Shown: positions 1 through 9,898, numbered from the stretch's first letter. The stretch is 64,000 bases of DNA from Spirochaetaceae bacterium (GCA_965224705.1 OZ245056.1:1952001-2016000); one strand, 5' to 3'. Notes: generated from the letters alone by a model not told the origin. Translations and numbers: made by a program.

Positions 1-2
1 CC

Positions 3-3000
3 CTCACAGATGGAACAGAACTCATAGAGGGAAACACCCTTACAATAGCTTTTCCCGCCAACATCATCCAGGATGCTGCGGGCAACAAAAACAATGCAGC
101 CACCCTTGTGGCAACAGTCGTGGAAGATGACACACCGCCGACACTGAAGACTGTCACGGCCAGTGACAGCAGCAGAGACGTCGTGCTCACCTTTGATGAG
201 TATGTGACCTATAACAGTACTGTTGCAGATCTAAAAGCCGTTTTCACCGTTTACTCGGATGGAAGCAATTCCCCCACGACTGAGATTACAGTGGACGCAG
301 CTGCAGGAGACCGCACAGACATCATAACGCTCACACTGGCGGAAGACCTGACTGCGGGAAATAAAATAAAAATCGACATCAGCACCGGACTCACCGACCT
401 TGCCGGTAACGACATTACAAGCCCCATCAGCGAAACAGTCACGGTCGCCGACGGGACGATTCCCAGGCTCAGCAGTATTTCTGCCGACGACTCCCAGGCC
501 GACATCGTGCTCACTTTCAGTGAGGCCGTGACAGCAGCCGCAGGCGATTTCTCGGTTACCTCGGGTGCCGCAGGTTCTACCTTCCTGCCCATAAAAATAA
601 ATTCAATAGCTGGAAGCGGCTCGGCAACCATAACCCTCACCCTGGCGGAAACTCCGGCAGTCAATAACATAATCAAGGTTCTTGTTGGTATCGGAGTTAA
701 AGATGGCGCGGGCAATTCTGTTCTACCCGGAAGCGAAAAATCGGGTGTTGTCGCCGACAAAACCCCTCCCACCCTGAAAGAGATTAAAACCAACAGCAAT
801 AACCTTGCCCAGGTCACACTCATCTTCAGTGAGAAAGTTACAGCAGAAACGATCGATTTTACGGTCTACTCGGATAGCAGCGATCCCCCCACGACGTTGA
901 AAACAATCGACAGTATCTCAGGAAGCGGCACGGAAACCATAGTGCTAACCCTGGCAACGGGATCGGCATTGACTGACGGTGAAAACCTCAAGGTCTCCAT
1001 TACGGGAGGACTGACAGACGTTTCCCTGGCCGGGACTCCCAATTCCATTGAGCAAGTTGAGACGACAGTCACTATCGCTGATGATGCTGAAGCCCCAACC
1101 CTGGACAGTATGGATGAGCCGAACGATGTCAGCCGTCGAATCGTGCTCAACTTCAGTGAAGCCGTTGATACAACTAATGCATCAGCCAGTGATTTTACAG
1201 TCACTTCAGATGACCAGGATCCTCCCGCTACGCCCAATGTCGTGCAAAGCTTCACAGGAAGCGGCACGTCCCGTATAACGCTGACTCTGACCGACGATCT
1301 GGTTGCCGGTAACAAGGTGAAAGTCGTCATCAACGGTGTTGCGGACACCGCTGGTAACACTATTACAGCAAATGCCGAAGTGACAGGGACGGTTGTTGAC
1401 CTCTCCCTGCCGACACTGGACAGTCTTTCTGCCGACGACAGCAGCAAAGACATTGCACTCACCTTCAGTGAGGCTGTTGACGCAGAAGCGGGTCATTTTA
1501 GCGTTACCGCAGGCTCCTCGCCGAATACAGTCGCTTCTGTGTCAGGAAGCGGCTCGGCCAGTATAACGCTGACTCTGACCGACGATCTGGTTGCCGGTGA
1601 AACACTCCATGTCGATGTCACGACCGGACTCACCGATGCGGCCGACCATTCCATCAAGGCAGGAACAAGGAAGACAACAGTTGTCGCCGATGCGGTCCTG
1701 CCAACACTGACGGGACTCACAGCCAGCGATGATGCCCCGCGATCCGCAGTCCTTACTTTCAGCGAGAAAGTTGTCGGGGCCGAAACGGGTGATTTTACGG
1801 TATACTCGGACACGGCCGATACCCCTACAACTGTAATTTCTGTAACAGCGGTCAGCGGAGACGGCACAGACACAATAACGCTCACCCTGGCAGAGGATCT
1901 GATTGCCAATGAAAACATCAAAGTCGATATCGCTGATGGCGCAGTGACCGATACCGGTAAGAATCCGATAGCCGCCGCAAGCTCCTCTGTTGAAACCGTT
2001 GCCGATAAAACTGCCCCGACGCTGACTGAACTGTCCGCCAACAGCGGGACAACACAAGCTAAACTCACTTTCAGTGAGCCCGTTACAGCGGAGACCGCTG
2101 ATTTTGAGGCCTACTCGGATGCATACAGCACCCCCGTCACTCCCATTGAGGTGGAATCGGTAGAAGGAAGCGGCACGGCCGACATAACGCTGAATCTGCA
2201 AAACGAACTGGTTTTCGGTAATTCTATTAAAGTCATCGTTCTGGGCACTCTTACAGATACCGCCGATACGCCCCATTCCATACAGCAAATAATAAAATCT
2301 GCAACTATAGCCGATAAATTGCCGCCATCCCTGGAAGAGGTCATACCCGCCGCTGCTAAACAAGTCATGCTCAAATTCAGTGAATCTGTTAAGGCCGTGA
2401 AGGGAGATTTCGACGTCTATTCGGATAGCAATGACGACCCTTCAACACAGAATGATGTCACCGGCATCACAGGAAGTCACTCGTCCACCATAACACTCAC
2501 CCTGACAACCGATCTGGTCGGCGGTGAAAATCTCAAAGTCGTAGTGGGCTCCGGGGTGCTTGATTTCGCCGACAATGCTGCTGCGGCAGACACCTCTATG
2601 ACAGTTGCCATAGCCGCTGACAACACTGCTCCCACCCTGAGTAGTATTTCTGCCAATGATGGGCGTAAGGAAGTCGTACTCACCTTTGATGAGGCCGTTA
2701 TAGCAGCGATAGGCAACTTCACGGTCTATGCGGATGACAAGGTTGCTCCTGACACCGAAAATGCCGTGATAGGAGTCGCAGGAAGCGGCTCTGAGGAAAT
2801 AAAACTCAGCCTGACCGATGACTTAACGAAAGGAGACAATGTCAGAGTTGACGTCGCAGAAACTCTTACCGACATTGCTGGCAATCAAATTACAGCAGTA
2901 TCCAAAACCGCAGAAATAATAGATGGAACCCCGCCGTTGGTGGAAGGCACTCCTCTTGCTGATAATGATAACAGTGGAGGGGCAAAAATTGCGGTAACCT

Positions 3001-6000
3001 TCAGTGAGCCCATTATAGCGGGAACAGAACACTTCTCGGTCCAAACAGGTACTCATCGCCGCACTGTCGACTCTGGCAACGTTTTCTTTGATTTCATTGA
3101 TAATCCCGTTGATAATCCCGTGACAGGCATTGAGGGAACAGACACGGGCGCTGTAACGCTCATATTGCAGAATGATCTAATTGCTTGGGAACGATTCAAA
3201 GTAACCACCAAGGCCGGGATTACCGATACTCATGGAAATGCCCTCATTCAAGAAATCATAAGGGTAGGATTCATCACTGATGCCTTCCCGGCGGCTCTGC
3301 AGGGGATTTCTGCGGATAATGGCTCGCCGCTGCAAGTCGTGCTGACATTTGATAAGCGTGTATATGTCACTGCCACCGATTTCGCGGTCACCTCAGGTCC
3401 TGATGGTAGTCTCACTGACAATGTTGTGACAAGCCTTGCGGGAAGTTCCACGGATACCATAACGCTTACGTTAACAAATGCTCTGACGGCTGGCGAGAAA
3501 ATCAACGTTGTTATCCATGATCCTGACAACGAGATTGAGGATACTGATCAAACAGTAGACATATCCGATGTTATCGCTCCGGCTGCTGTTTCTATCGCTG
3601 CCAATGATGTTGCTGACGGAAATAACGGAAAAGTGGTGATTATATTCGATGAGGCTGTCTCTGTGAATCGGAATCATTTCGCCATCACCTCGGACAGCAA
3701 GGCCGATCCCACGGCTCACAATCCCGTGACAGGCTCTACAGGAGACGGGACCACGGAAATAACACTCACACTTGAAAACAAACTGACAGCGGGTGAGAAC
3801 ATCAAAGTCTTCATTGGAGAGGGAGGGGTAACCGATGCCGCCGGCAATGCAATGCCATCCTGGACCGGCACGGCGGCAATCCTTGACAAAACCCCGCCGT
3901 CCCTGCTGAAAATTGTTATTCCTGATCGTTCGGCGGATCCTGGAGTGGTTGAACTCATCTTCAGTGAACCCGTCGCTGCAGTAAATGATGATTTCACAGT
4001 CACTTCAGGTTCTTCAAGTGACCCCACGACAACCACATATAGTGTGGTTACTCTCTCCGGAACCCAGCCAGACACGTTAAAATTAACTCTGGATAAGGTC
4101 ATTCCATCGACAGACCAGAGTATCAAAGTTGCTGTTGGCACCGAAGTTGCGGATGGTGCTACTCCTGAGAATAATGCAGACTCGCATGAGCTGATCGCTT
4201 CTCTCGATGCTGATACAACGTCGCCAACCCTGGACAGTATTTCCGCTGATGACAGCGCAAAAGAAGTCGTGCTTACCTTCAGTGAGCGTGTCGATACAGA
4301 ATTTTTGACTCATTATGAAGTTTACTCAGGCGGTGTGACGGCCCCTTATGCACTCAACGCCGTTACTGATCTAACCAGCATTGGTGAGAACAAAATAGTA
4401 CTCACCCTGCAAAACGATCTGCTTGCCGGCGAGAACATCAGAGTTGTCGTGAAAGAGACGCTCAAGGATGTGAATGGTAATGCAATCGCAGCCGGAACCG
4501 AAATAACAGAAATCATAGCGGATGCCAGCCCTCCTGTTCTGGAAAGCATTGCCGCCAATTCCGCCGTTCGGGGAGCCGTGCTCACCTTCAGTGAAGCGGT
4601 CAGGGCGGCAAAAAGCGATTTCACGGTGACCACAGGGCCTGCCGGTGATCTTGATCCTAATGAGGTAATCGCCATCAGCGGAGATGGCACGGATACCATA
4701 ACGCTTTTCCTGTCAGTTGATCCGACGGATAAGAGTTACAAGATCAATGTCGCGGTTAAAACCACACTGACCGATCTTGCCGGCCGTTCAATTGCGCCGG
4801 GAGCTGTTTTGGAAGGAGATATATCCAGGCCAGAATACAGGAGCGTATCAACGGTAATGTCATCGGCCATCCGCGGCAGTGTTGTAACTCTCCAATTCAG
4901 TGAAGATGTTGCTCTCAAGACTACTGAGACATTGTCCGTAGGCGATTTCAATGTATACTCCGATGACAAAGCTGAACCGGATGAGCCTGTTGACCTGACG
5001 GGAGCAGCTTTTGACGTCTCTGGTGATACAATAACCATCACACTGGCCAATGATGTTAAGGTACATGGGGGAAATCGTATTAAAGCGGACATCACTCCGG
5101 CTGGATTGGCAAAGCTCCAGGATACTTCGGGGAATGATGCGAAAGGTGCTGTTTCCCATATTGGGGAGGTGAAATATGCCTATACTCCTACCACTAAGGC
5201 TGAACTTAAAGAAGCCATAGACACTGAGATGACCGCCCAGGGCAATACCGCCGATTTGAACATCATCGACACCAGTGCGATCACGGATATGCGGGAGCTC
5301 TTCTCTGCGAGTCGTCGTAATTTCAGTGGTGATATCTCAAGGTGGAATACGGCGAATGTGAAAACAATGTATGGTATGTTCTCTGGTACTAGAGCATTTA
5401 ACCAGGATCTTGTAACGGTTGGAGATATCTGGAATACTTCCAAGGTTACGAACATGGAACGAATGTTCTACGGGGCCACTGCTTTTGCTGGCGATATAAA
5501 AAACTGGGATACATCCAGTGCGACGAATATGGTTCGAATGTTCCAAGGTGCTAGTGGTTTTAATCAGGACTTATCGAATTGGGATGTAGGCAATCTCCAA
5601 ATAAAAACAGACTTCAATACGAACTCAGGTCTTACTGATGCTCATCTGCCAAAATTTGATGCGGTTGACTTGGCGCCAATTATAACTAGAGTTGAGTCGG
5701 TAGTCCTGAACTCCGGTTCCGGGACTAAGTCCCTCAGTTTCCTGTTAAGCGATATTGATGGTATCGCCTATAATGGGGAGACTTCCGAAAACTCTTTGGA
5801 TAATTTTATATCTGATGTCGAAGTAGAGTTATTCATAGGAACTGGAGACTTCCTCGGTGCAGCGCCGACACTGACTCAGGCTTCATACAGCACAGATTCT
5901 GCAATGATTACGCTCGAGTTCGGTGCAAATACCTATACCAAAGGGAATGTTCTTAGAATTACGTTCCCCGCAGGTCTGTTCAAAGATACGCCGACAGCAG

Positions 6001-6059
6001 CATCACATAAAACAGAAAAAACGAGTGAGAAAACAGAATTTGAAATCGTAATTCGATAA
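3..6059 (+). CDS. Giant repetitive surface protein/adhesin (SwmB/Ig-like repeats plus DUF285/BspA-like block), 5'-truncated by the window edge
   Basis: Frame is open from position 3, so the true start is upstream. About 16 repeats of roughly 100 aa with consensus D-x-T-x-P-x-L...LTFSE-x-V...F-x-V...GSG-x3-ITLTL...D-x-AGN. DUF285-like segment at about 5175-5657 (WNTANVKTMYGMF, WNTSKVTNMERMF, WDTSSATNMVRMF). Confidence 0.85.
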   Translation, partial: LTDGTELIEGNTLTIAFPANIIQDAAGNKNNAATLVATVVEDDTPPTLKTVTASDSSRDVVLTFDEYVTYNSTVADLKAVFTVYSDGSNSPTTEITVDAAAGDRTDIITLTLAEDLTAGNKIKIDISTGLTDLAGNDITSPISETVTVADGTIPRLSSISADDSQADIVLTFSEAVTAAAGDFSVTSGAAGSTFLPIKINSIAGSGSATITLTLAETPAVNNIIKVLVGIGVKDGAGNSVLPGSEKSGVVADKTPPTLKEIKTNSNNLAQVTLIFSEKVTAETIDFTVYSDSSDPPTTLKTIDSISGSGTETIVLTLATGSALTDGENLKVSITGGLTDVSLAGTPNSIEQVETTVTIADDAEAPTLDSMDEPNDVSRRIVLNFSEAVDTTNASASDFTVTSDDQDPPATPNVVQSFTGSGTSRITLTLTDDLVAGNKVKVVINGVADTAGNTITANAEVTGTVVDLSLPTLDSLSADDSSKDIALTFSEAVDAEAGHFSVTAGSSPNTVASVSGSGSASITLTLTDDLVAGETLHVDVTTGLTDAADHSIKAGTRKTTVVADAVLPTLTGLTASDDAPRSAVLTFSEKVVGAETGDFTVYSDTADTPTTVISVTAVSGDGTDTITLTLAEDLIANENIKVDIADGAVTDTGKNPIAAASSSVETVADKTAPTLTELSANSGTTQAKLTFSEPVTAETADFEAYSDAYSTPVTPIEVESVEGSGTADITLNLQNELVFGNSIKVIVLGTLTDTADTPHSIQQIIKSATIADKLPPSLEEVIPAAAKQVMLKFSESVKAVKGDFDVYSDSNDDPSTQNDVTGITGSHSSTITLTLTTDLVGGENLKVVVGSGVLDFADNAAAADTSMTVAIAADNTAPTLSSISANDGRKEVVLTFDEAVIAAIGNFTVYADDKVAPDTENAVIGVAGSGSEEIKLSLTDDLTKGDNVRVDVAETLTDIAGNQITAVSKTAEIIDGTPPLVEGTPLADNDNSGGAKIAVTFSEPIIAGTEHFSVQTGTHRRTVDSGNVFFDFIDNPVDNPVTGIEGTDTGAVTLILQNDLIAWERFKVTTKAGITDTHGNALIQEIIRVGFITDAFPAALQGISADNGSPLQVVLTFDKRVYVTATDFAVTSGPDGSLTDNVVTSLAGSSTDTITLTLTNALTAGEKINVVIHDPDNEIEDTDQTVDISDVIAPAAVSIAANDVADGNNGKVVIIFDEAVSVNRNHFAITSDSKADPTAHNPVTGSTGDGTTEITLTLENKLTAGENIKVFIGEGGVTDAAGNAMPSWTGTAAILDKTPPSLLKIVIPDRSADPGVVELIFSEPVAAVNDDFTVTSGSSSDPTTTTYSVVTLSGTQPDTLKLTLDKVIPSTDQSIKVAVGTEVADGATPENNADSHELIASLDADTTSPTLDSISADDSAKEVVLTFSERVDTEFLTHYEVYSGGVTAPYALNAVTDLTSIGENKIVLTLQNDLLAGENIRVVVKETLKDVNGNAIAAGTEITEIIADASPPVLESIAANSAVRGAVLTFSEAVRAAKSDFTVTTGPAGDLDPNEVIAISGDGTDTITLFLSVDPTDKSYKINVAVKTTLTDLAGRSIAPGAVLEGDISRPEYRSVSTVMSSAIRGSVVTLQFSEDVALKTTETLSVGDFNVYSDDKAEPDEPVDLTGAAFDVSGDTITITLANDVKVHGGNRIKADITPAGLAKLQDTSGNDAKGAVSHIGEVKYAYTPTTKAELKEAIDTEMTAQGNTADLNIIDTSAITDMRELFSASRRNFSGDISRWNTANVKTMYGMFSGTRAFNQDLVTVGDIWNTSKVTNMERMFYGATAFAGDIKNWDTSSATNMVRMFQGASGFNQDLSNWDVGNLQIKTDFNTNSGLTDAHLPKFDAVDLAPIITRVESVVLNSGSGTKSLSFLLSDIDGIAYNGETSENSLDNFISDVEVELFIGTGDFLGAAPTLTQASYSTDSAMITLEFGANTYTKGNVLRITFPAGLFKDTPTAASHKTEKTSEKTEFEIVIR

Positions 6060-6107
6060 CTGCCGGGCTGAATAAGCCAGTATAACAGTATTCTGGAATC
6101 TCTGGAT

Positions 6108-6142
6108 AATCCCAACCTGGTTTTACTGAGTTGGGATTTTTT
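6108..6142 (+). terminator. Rho-independent terminator of the giant surface protein gene
   Basis: Stem AATCCCAAC/GTTGGGATT followed by a T-run, about 50 bp after the stop codon. Confidence 0.65.
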
Positions 6143-6208
6143 GCCTGAAACAGGTTCCTGCTCCCGGTCGGAAGAATCTGTCGCTTCAGCAGCAAATCAA
6201 TGTCTGGC

Positions 6209-6245
6209 TTTAAATGAAACCAGGCTATAACAAGCTTCCTGACAC
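6209..6245 (-). mobile_element. Solo end of the GTGTCAG-TIR element family
   Basis: Reverse complement GTGTCAGGAAGCTTGTTATAGCCTGGTTTCATTT matches the start of the element at 32297 (GTGTCAGGAAGCTTGTTACAACCTGGTTTCATTT). No partner end was found. Confidence 0.75.
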
Positions 6246-6394
6246 TGAATTTGATTCTGAGTAACCGGAAGCCTGTAAAACCCCTCCGGTGCAATACTGA
6301 CGAATCGCACTCCCCGGCAGCGTTGCCATTCATCTCCAGGCTCTGAAAGCCCCCCTGCATTTTGAGCTTCCCACCTCCGTGCCCTCCGTGAGAA

Positions 6395-6463
6395 ATACCC
6401 CAAACACTCTGCGCTCTCTGCGTCCTCTGCGGTTAAAAAATCATGAATAAGGTTTTCATAGTG
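6395..6463 (-). repeat. Dispersed ~70-bp repeat containing the 9-bp-period CGCAGAG triplet (copy 1)
   Basis: Reverse complement TATGAAAACCTTATTCATGATTTTTTAACCGCAGAGGACGCAGAGAGCGCAGAGTGTT is nearly identical to 50453-50509. Confidence 0.85.
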
Positions 6464-6531
6464 TCTCAAAGAATGCGTTAGAATTTTCTATCGTGATTTG
6501 TGAAGCGTAACGTTTTGCGAAAGAATACCCC

Positions 6532-6708
6532 TTAGAGCTTCTTGATTTCCCCTTCGCTCAGGCCGGTGGCCTTGATGATGAGTTTCATATCGGCTCCGGC
6601 GGCCTTGAAGTCTTTGGCAGTTTGCGTTTTGCCTTTTTCCATGCCATCATCCCAGGCCTTTTCAAGCTGAGGTCTCATCAGTTCCGTTACATCGGCAACA
6701 GGTCCCAT
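6532..6708 (-). CDS. Small protein (58 aa) resembling the C-terminal domain of Rpn/YhgA-like (PD-(D/E)XK) proteins; not in the ORF track
   Basis: Hand translation MGPVADVTELMRPQLEKAWDDGMEKGKTQTAKDFKAAGADMKLIIKATGLSEGEIKKL. The GMEKG...A...I.KATGLS..EI.KL tail is typical of Rpn C-termini. SD GAGGAGG lies 5 nt upstream of the ATG. Confidence 0.65.
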   Translation of the reverse strand: MGPVADVTELMRPQLEKAWDDGMEKGKTQTAKDFKAAGADMKLIIKATGLSEGEIKKL

Positions 6709-6890
6709 ATTATCCTCCTCATTATAGTCCCCTTAAGCAGCTTGTCGACAATCTGCTTTGGAAAACCGGACTCCTTGATTTCAGCCTGACCGGATAAGCG
6801 GTCAATATTCCGACAGAATTCAGATAGAAACACGCCGTCTGGCCCTGATAGCCGGATGATTTCTATGTTGATGATGTGAATTCTGTACAT
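6709..6890 (-). pseudogene. Possible frameshifted upstream remnant of the Rpn-family gene
   Basis: The ORF-track frame (...KQIVDKLLKG) joins the small-protein frame (DYNEEDN-MGP) after a 1-nt shift in a G-run. Confidence 0.35.
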
Positions 6891-6919
6891 TCCATAGTCG
6901 CCGATGAAGTGACCGGGAG

Positions 6920-7117
6920 GTGCTAAGGATTACTCTTTCAAACAGCAAAGTCGAGTATCTCGCGGGAGTTCAGTATCCTACCTTCCAGACTGGGACAGGA
7001 GAAGGATCCTTATCGGAGATGGTCGGCAAGGCATATGCACTAACAGCCGGCAGCGGAGATTTCTTCTATGCTTCGGATACAGCAATGAATACCGTAACGA
7101 AGTTATACCTCCCATAA
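6920..7117 (+). pseudogene. Probable C-terminal fragment of an unknown secreted/surface protein gene
   Basis: Protein-like 65-codon ORF with a doubtful GTG start, followed directly by a strong terminator. Confidence 0.3.
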
Positions 7118-7124
7118 CCCCCCC

Positions 7125-7165
7125 CGGAGCAGCCGGAGATTCTCTGGCTGCTCTGCCTCTTTTTT
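7125..7165 (+). terminator. Rho-independent terminator
   Basis: Stem CGGAGCAGCCGGAGA/TCTCTGGCTGCTCTG followed by a T-run. Confidence 0.7.
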
Positions 7166-7240
7166 ACTCGACTCCATCACTCTTCCGGCTATTTCAAAAC
7201 ATTTCTTCTGTTGAACACCCACAATTTCATTCCTAACCGC

Positions 7241-7268
7241 TTGACCACAAAAAAGATTCATCTATACT
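7241..7268 (+). promoter_or_regulatory. Sigma70-type promoter of the opp operon
   Basis: TTGACC-16 bp-TATACT, with SD AAGGAG before the ATG at 7289. Confidence 0.6.
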
Positions 7269-7288
7269 GAATAGAAGGAGAAGTATAT

Positions 7289-8905
7289 ATGAAAAGAACA
7301 TTGATTTTTATTACCGGTATTGCCATTCTTACGGCAGCTTTCTTAATCGGCTGCAGCAGGGAGCCTGAAGTACAGGCGGTTGTGATGAACTGGAATCTCA
7401 GCAGCTCCGGGCCGAAAACAATTGATCCCGGACTCAACGGTGCCAGTGATGGGGGCCACGTGGGGAATCAACTCTTTGAAGGCCTGGTTCGGGAGCAGGA
7501 TGGTGTTGTGGTTCCCGGTATTGCCGAAGACTGGGAATTCTCCAGCGACAACAAAACCCTTACCTTCCATCTCAGAGATTCTAAATGGTCCGATGGCTCC
7601 AAACTCACGGCCAATGATTTCGTCTACTCATGGAAAAGAGGCATGAACCCCGAAACCGGATCGGAGTATTCCTGGATCTGGGAATATACAAACATCGTCG
7701 GTGCTCAGGAAGCAGCCGAAGGGAATGGAAGTCTGGATGATGTTGGCATAAGGGCCCTTGATGACCAAACCCTTGAGATTACACTGAAAAACCCAACGAA
7801 CTACCTGGTATCCCTCCTGTCCTTCTATCACTTCCACCCGGTGAAAAAATCTGCCGTTGACGCTGGAGCGGAAGGAACATGGGCATCGAATCCTGAAATC
7901 TTTGTTGGAAACGGTCCATTCATGGTGACGGAGTACAACATCGGTGATGGTATGGTTATCGAAAAAAATCCCAATTACTGGAACACCGGTGAAGTAAAAA
8001 TTGATGTCATCAACATCGGGTTTATCAACGATCACTCAACAGCATACCAGGCATACCTGAATGGCGAGTTTGACTTTATTAACGAAGTCCCTCCATCGGA
8101 AGTTCCGCGGCTGGTTGCCGAAGAACCGGAGTTTTACATATTCCCGCAGTTGGGAACCTATTATTACAACTTCAACATGGATCTGGATATGTGGCAGGAT
8201 GTGCGTGTCCGCAAGGCTCTCACTCTTGCGATAGACCGCAATAGAATTGTCGAAGTTATGGCCAAGGGCAACATACCGGCTTCTGGATTTGTACCCCCCG
8301 GATTCCCGGATCATGAAGGCAATGATTTTTTCGAGAAAGCGGGAACTTATGGTATCGTCAACGATGGCAGCAGGGCTGATGAGGCGAAGGAACTCATGGC
8401 GGAAGCCGGCTATCCTGACGGTGAAGGATTCCCAAAGTTCACCCTGATGTACAACACATCCGAAGGTCATCAGCTTGTTGCTGAAATGGTACAGGAGATG
8501 TGGAAAACAAATCTGGGAATTGAGTGCGATCTTGAAAACCAGGAATGGGCCGTGTTTCAGGATACAAGGAAGGAAGGTGACTACGAAGTGGCTCGAGGCG
8601 GCTGGATAACAGACTTCCTGGATCCCATGGGCTTGCTGGCAATTTTCCAGTCGAACAATGACTATAATGATCCCAATTATTACAACAGTACTTATGATGA
8701 ACTGGTATCGGCCGCCAATGAATCGGTGGGAGCGGATCATTTTGAGAAGCTCTATGCGGCGCAGGAAATTCTTATGACCGATCTTCCCATTGTACCGGTT
8801 TACCATTACACAAGGATGTTCCTTTCTTCTCCTCAGGTGAAAAACTGGACACGCTCCAAGCTGGGAACACTGGATTTCTCATCGGCGTATATTGAAAGGG
8901 AATAA
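7289..8905 (+). CDS. oppA: Oligopeptide ABC transporter substrate-binding lipoprotein
   Basis: Lipobox FLIGC. Family-5 SBP motifs TIDPG, LFEGLV, KWSDG.LTANDFVYSW, GNGPF. Confidence 0.95.
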   Translation: MKRTLIFITGIAILTAAFLIGCSREPEVQAVVMNWNLSSSGPKTIDPGLNGASDGGHVGNQLFEGLVREQDGVVVPGIAEDWEFSSDNKTLTFHLRDSKWSDGSKLTANDFVYSWKRGMNPETGSEYSWIWEYTNIVGAQEAAEGNGSLDDVGIRALDDQTLEITLKNPTNYLVSLLSFYHFHPVKKSAVDAGAEGTWASNPEIFVGNGPFMVTEYNIGDGMVIEKNPNYWNTGEVKIDVINIGFINDHSTAYQAYLNGEFDFINEVPPSEVPRLVAEEPEFYIFPQLGTYYYNFNMDLDMWQDVRVRKALTLAIDRNRIVEVMAKGNIPASGFVPPGFPDHEGNDFFEKAGTYGIVNDGSRADEAKELMAEAGYPDGEGFPKFTLMYNTSEGHQLVAEMVQEMWKTNLGIECDLENQEWAVFQDTRKEGDYEVARGGWITDFLDPMGLLAIFQSNNDYNDPNYYNSTYDELVSAANESVGADHFEKLYAAQEILMTDLPIVPVYHYTRMFLSSPQVKNWTRSKLGTLDFSSAYIERE

Positions 8906-8968
8906 TGAAAACAGGGCTGTTTATCGAAACATGCCCTGTATCTTTTCCAGAGGGGATGGAATAGCTGA

Positions 8969-9898
8969 ATGAGAAATTACTTTATAAAGCGGTTCATACA
9001 ATCTCTACTCACAGTCATTCTCATTGCGTCCGTAACATTTTTCATGATGCACTCCATCCCTGGAGGTCCGTTCACCAGAGAACGCCCCGTCCCCGATGAA
9101 ATCATGCGTGCTCTGAATGCCAAGTACAATCTGGATGCTCCTCTCATTGTTCAGTACTACGATTACATGAAGGGTCTGGTCACATTCGATCTGGGCCCGT
9201 CCTTCTCGAAGATTGGCGTATCGGTGAATGAGCTGATCGCCACGGGTTTTCCTGTTACGGGCCGGATTGGTCTCCTTGCGGCTCTTTTCATCATTGTGAT
9301 TGGAGTTCCTGTCGGCATAATTTCCGCCATCCGGCAGAACAAGCCGATTGATTACTTTGTGATGTTTATGGCCACTCTTGGAGTAACAATACCAAGTTTT
9401 GTTCTGGCAACACTGTATATATTTGTGTTTGCGGGCAAACTTGGATGGGTTCCAACCTATGGCGCCAAAACACCGGCGTCATACATCGGGCCGATGATTG
9501 CCCTGAGCGGGTATTCCCTGTCCTTTGTGGCCAGACTGACCCGGTCTTCCATGCTTGAAGTTCTACGTCAGGATTACATAAGAACCGCAAAGGCCAATGG
9601 GCTTTCCACGCTTTCTGTTATCGGCAAGCATGCGCTCAAAAACGCTCTCATTCCAGTTGTTACCTATCTTGGGCCAACCATCGCGGCAATCATGACGGGC
9701 TCTTTTGTTGTGGAACGTATTTTTGCCATTCCGGGAATTGGTCAGTATTTTGTAGAAAGTGTCTCCAACAGGGATTATACAATGATCATCGGTATCACCG
9801 TATTCTATGCCATATTCTATGTTATGATGGTTTACATTGTTGATATGCTGTATGCCGTTATCGATCCTCGAATAAAATTTGAACGGAAAAACCACTGA
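8969..9898 (+). CDS. oppB: Oligopeptide ABC transporter permease
   Basis: PGGPF, FDLGPS, EAA loop RSSMLEVLRQDYIRTAKANGL. Confidence 0.95.
   Translation: MRNYFIKRFIQSLLTVILIASVTFFMMHSIPGGPFTRERPVPDEIMRALNAKYNLDAPLIVQYYDYMKGLVTFDLGPSFSKIGVSVNELIATGFPVTGRIGLLAALFIIVIGVPVGIISAIRQNKPIDYFVMFMATLGVTIPSFVLATLYIFVFAGKLGWVPTYGAKTPASYIGPMIALSGYSLSFVARLTRSSMLEVLRQDYIRTAKANGLSTLSVIGKHALKNALIPVVTYLGPTIAAIMTGSFVVERIFAIPGIGQYFVESVSNRDYTMIIGITVFYAIFYVMMVYIVDMLYAVIDPRIKFERKNH

Noticed and set aside
251..5546. Many long minus-strand ORFs opposite the giant gene
   Set aside because: Antisense shadows of a repetitive coding sequence; no motifs or RBS.
5175..7117. Diversity-generating retroelement acting on the giant protein C-terminus
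   Set aside because: No reverse transcriptase and no template/variable repeat pair differing at adenines was seen.
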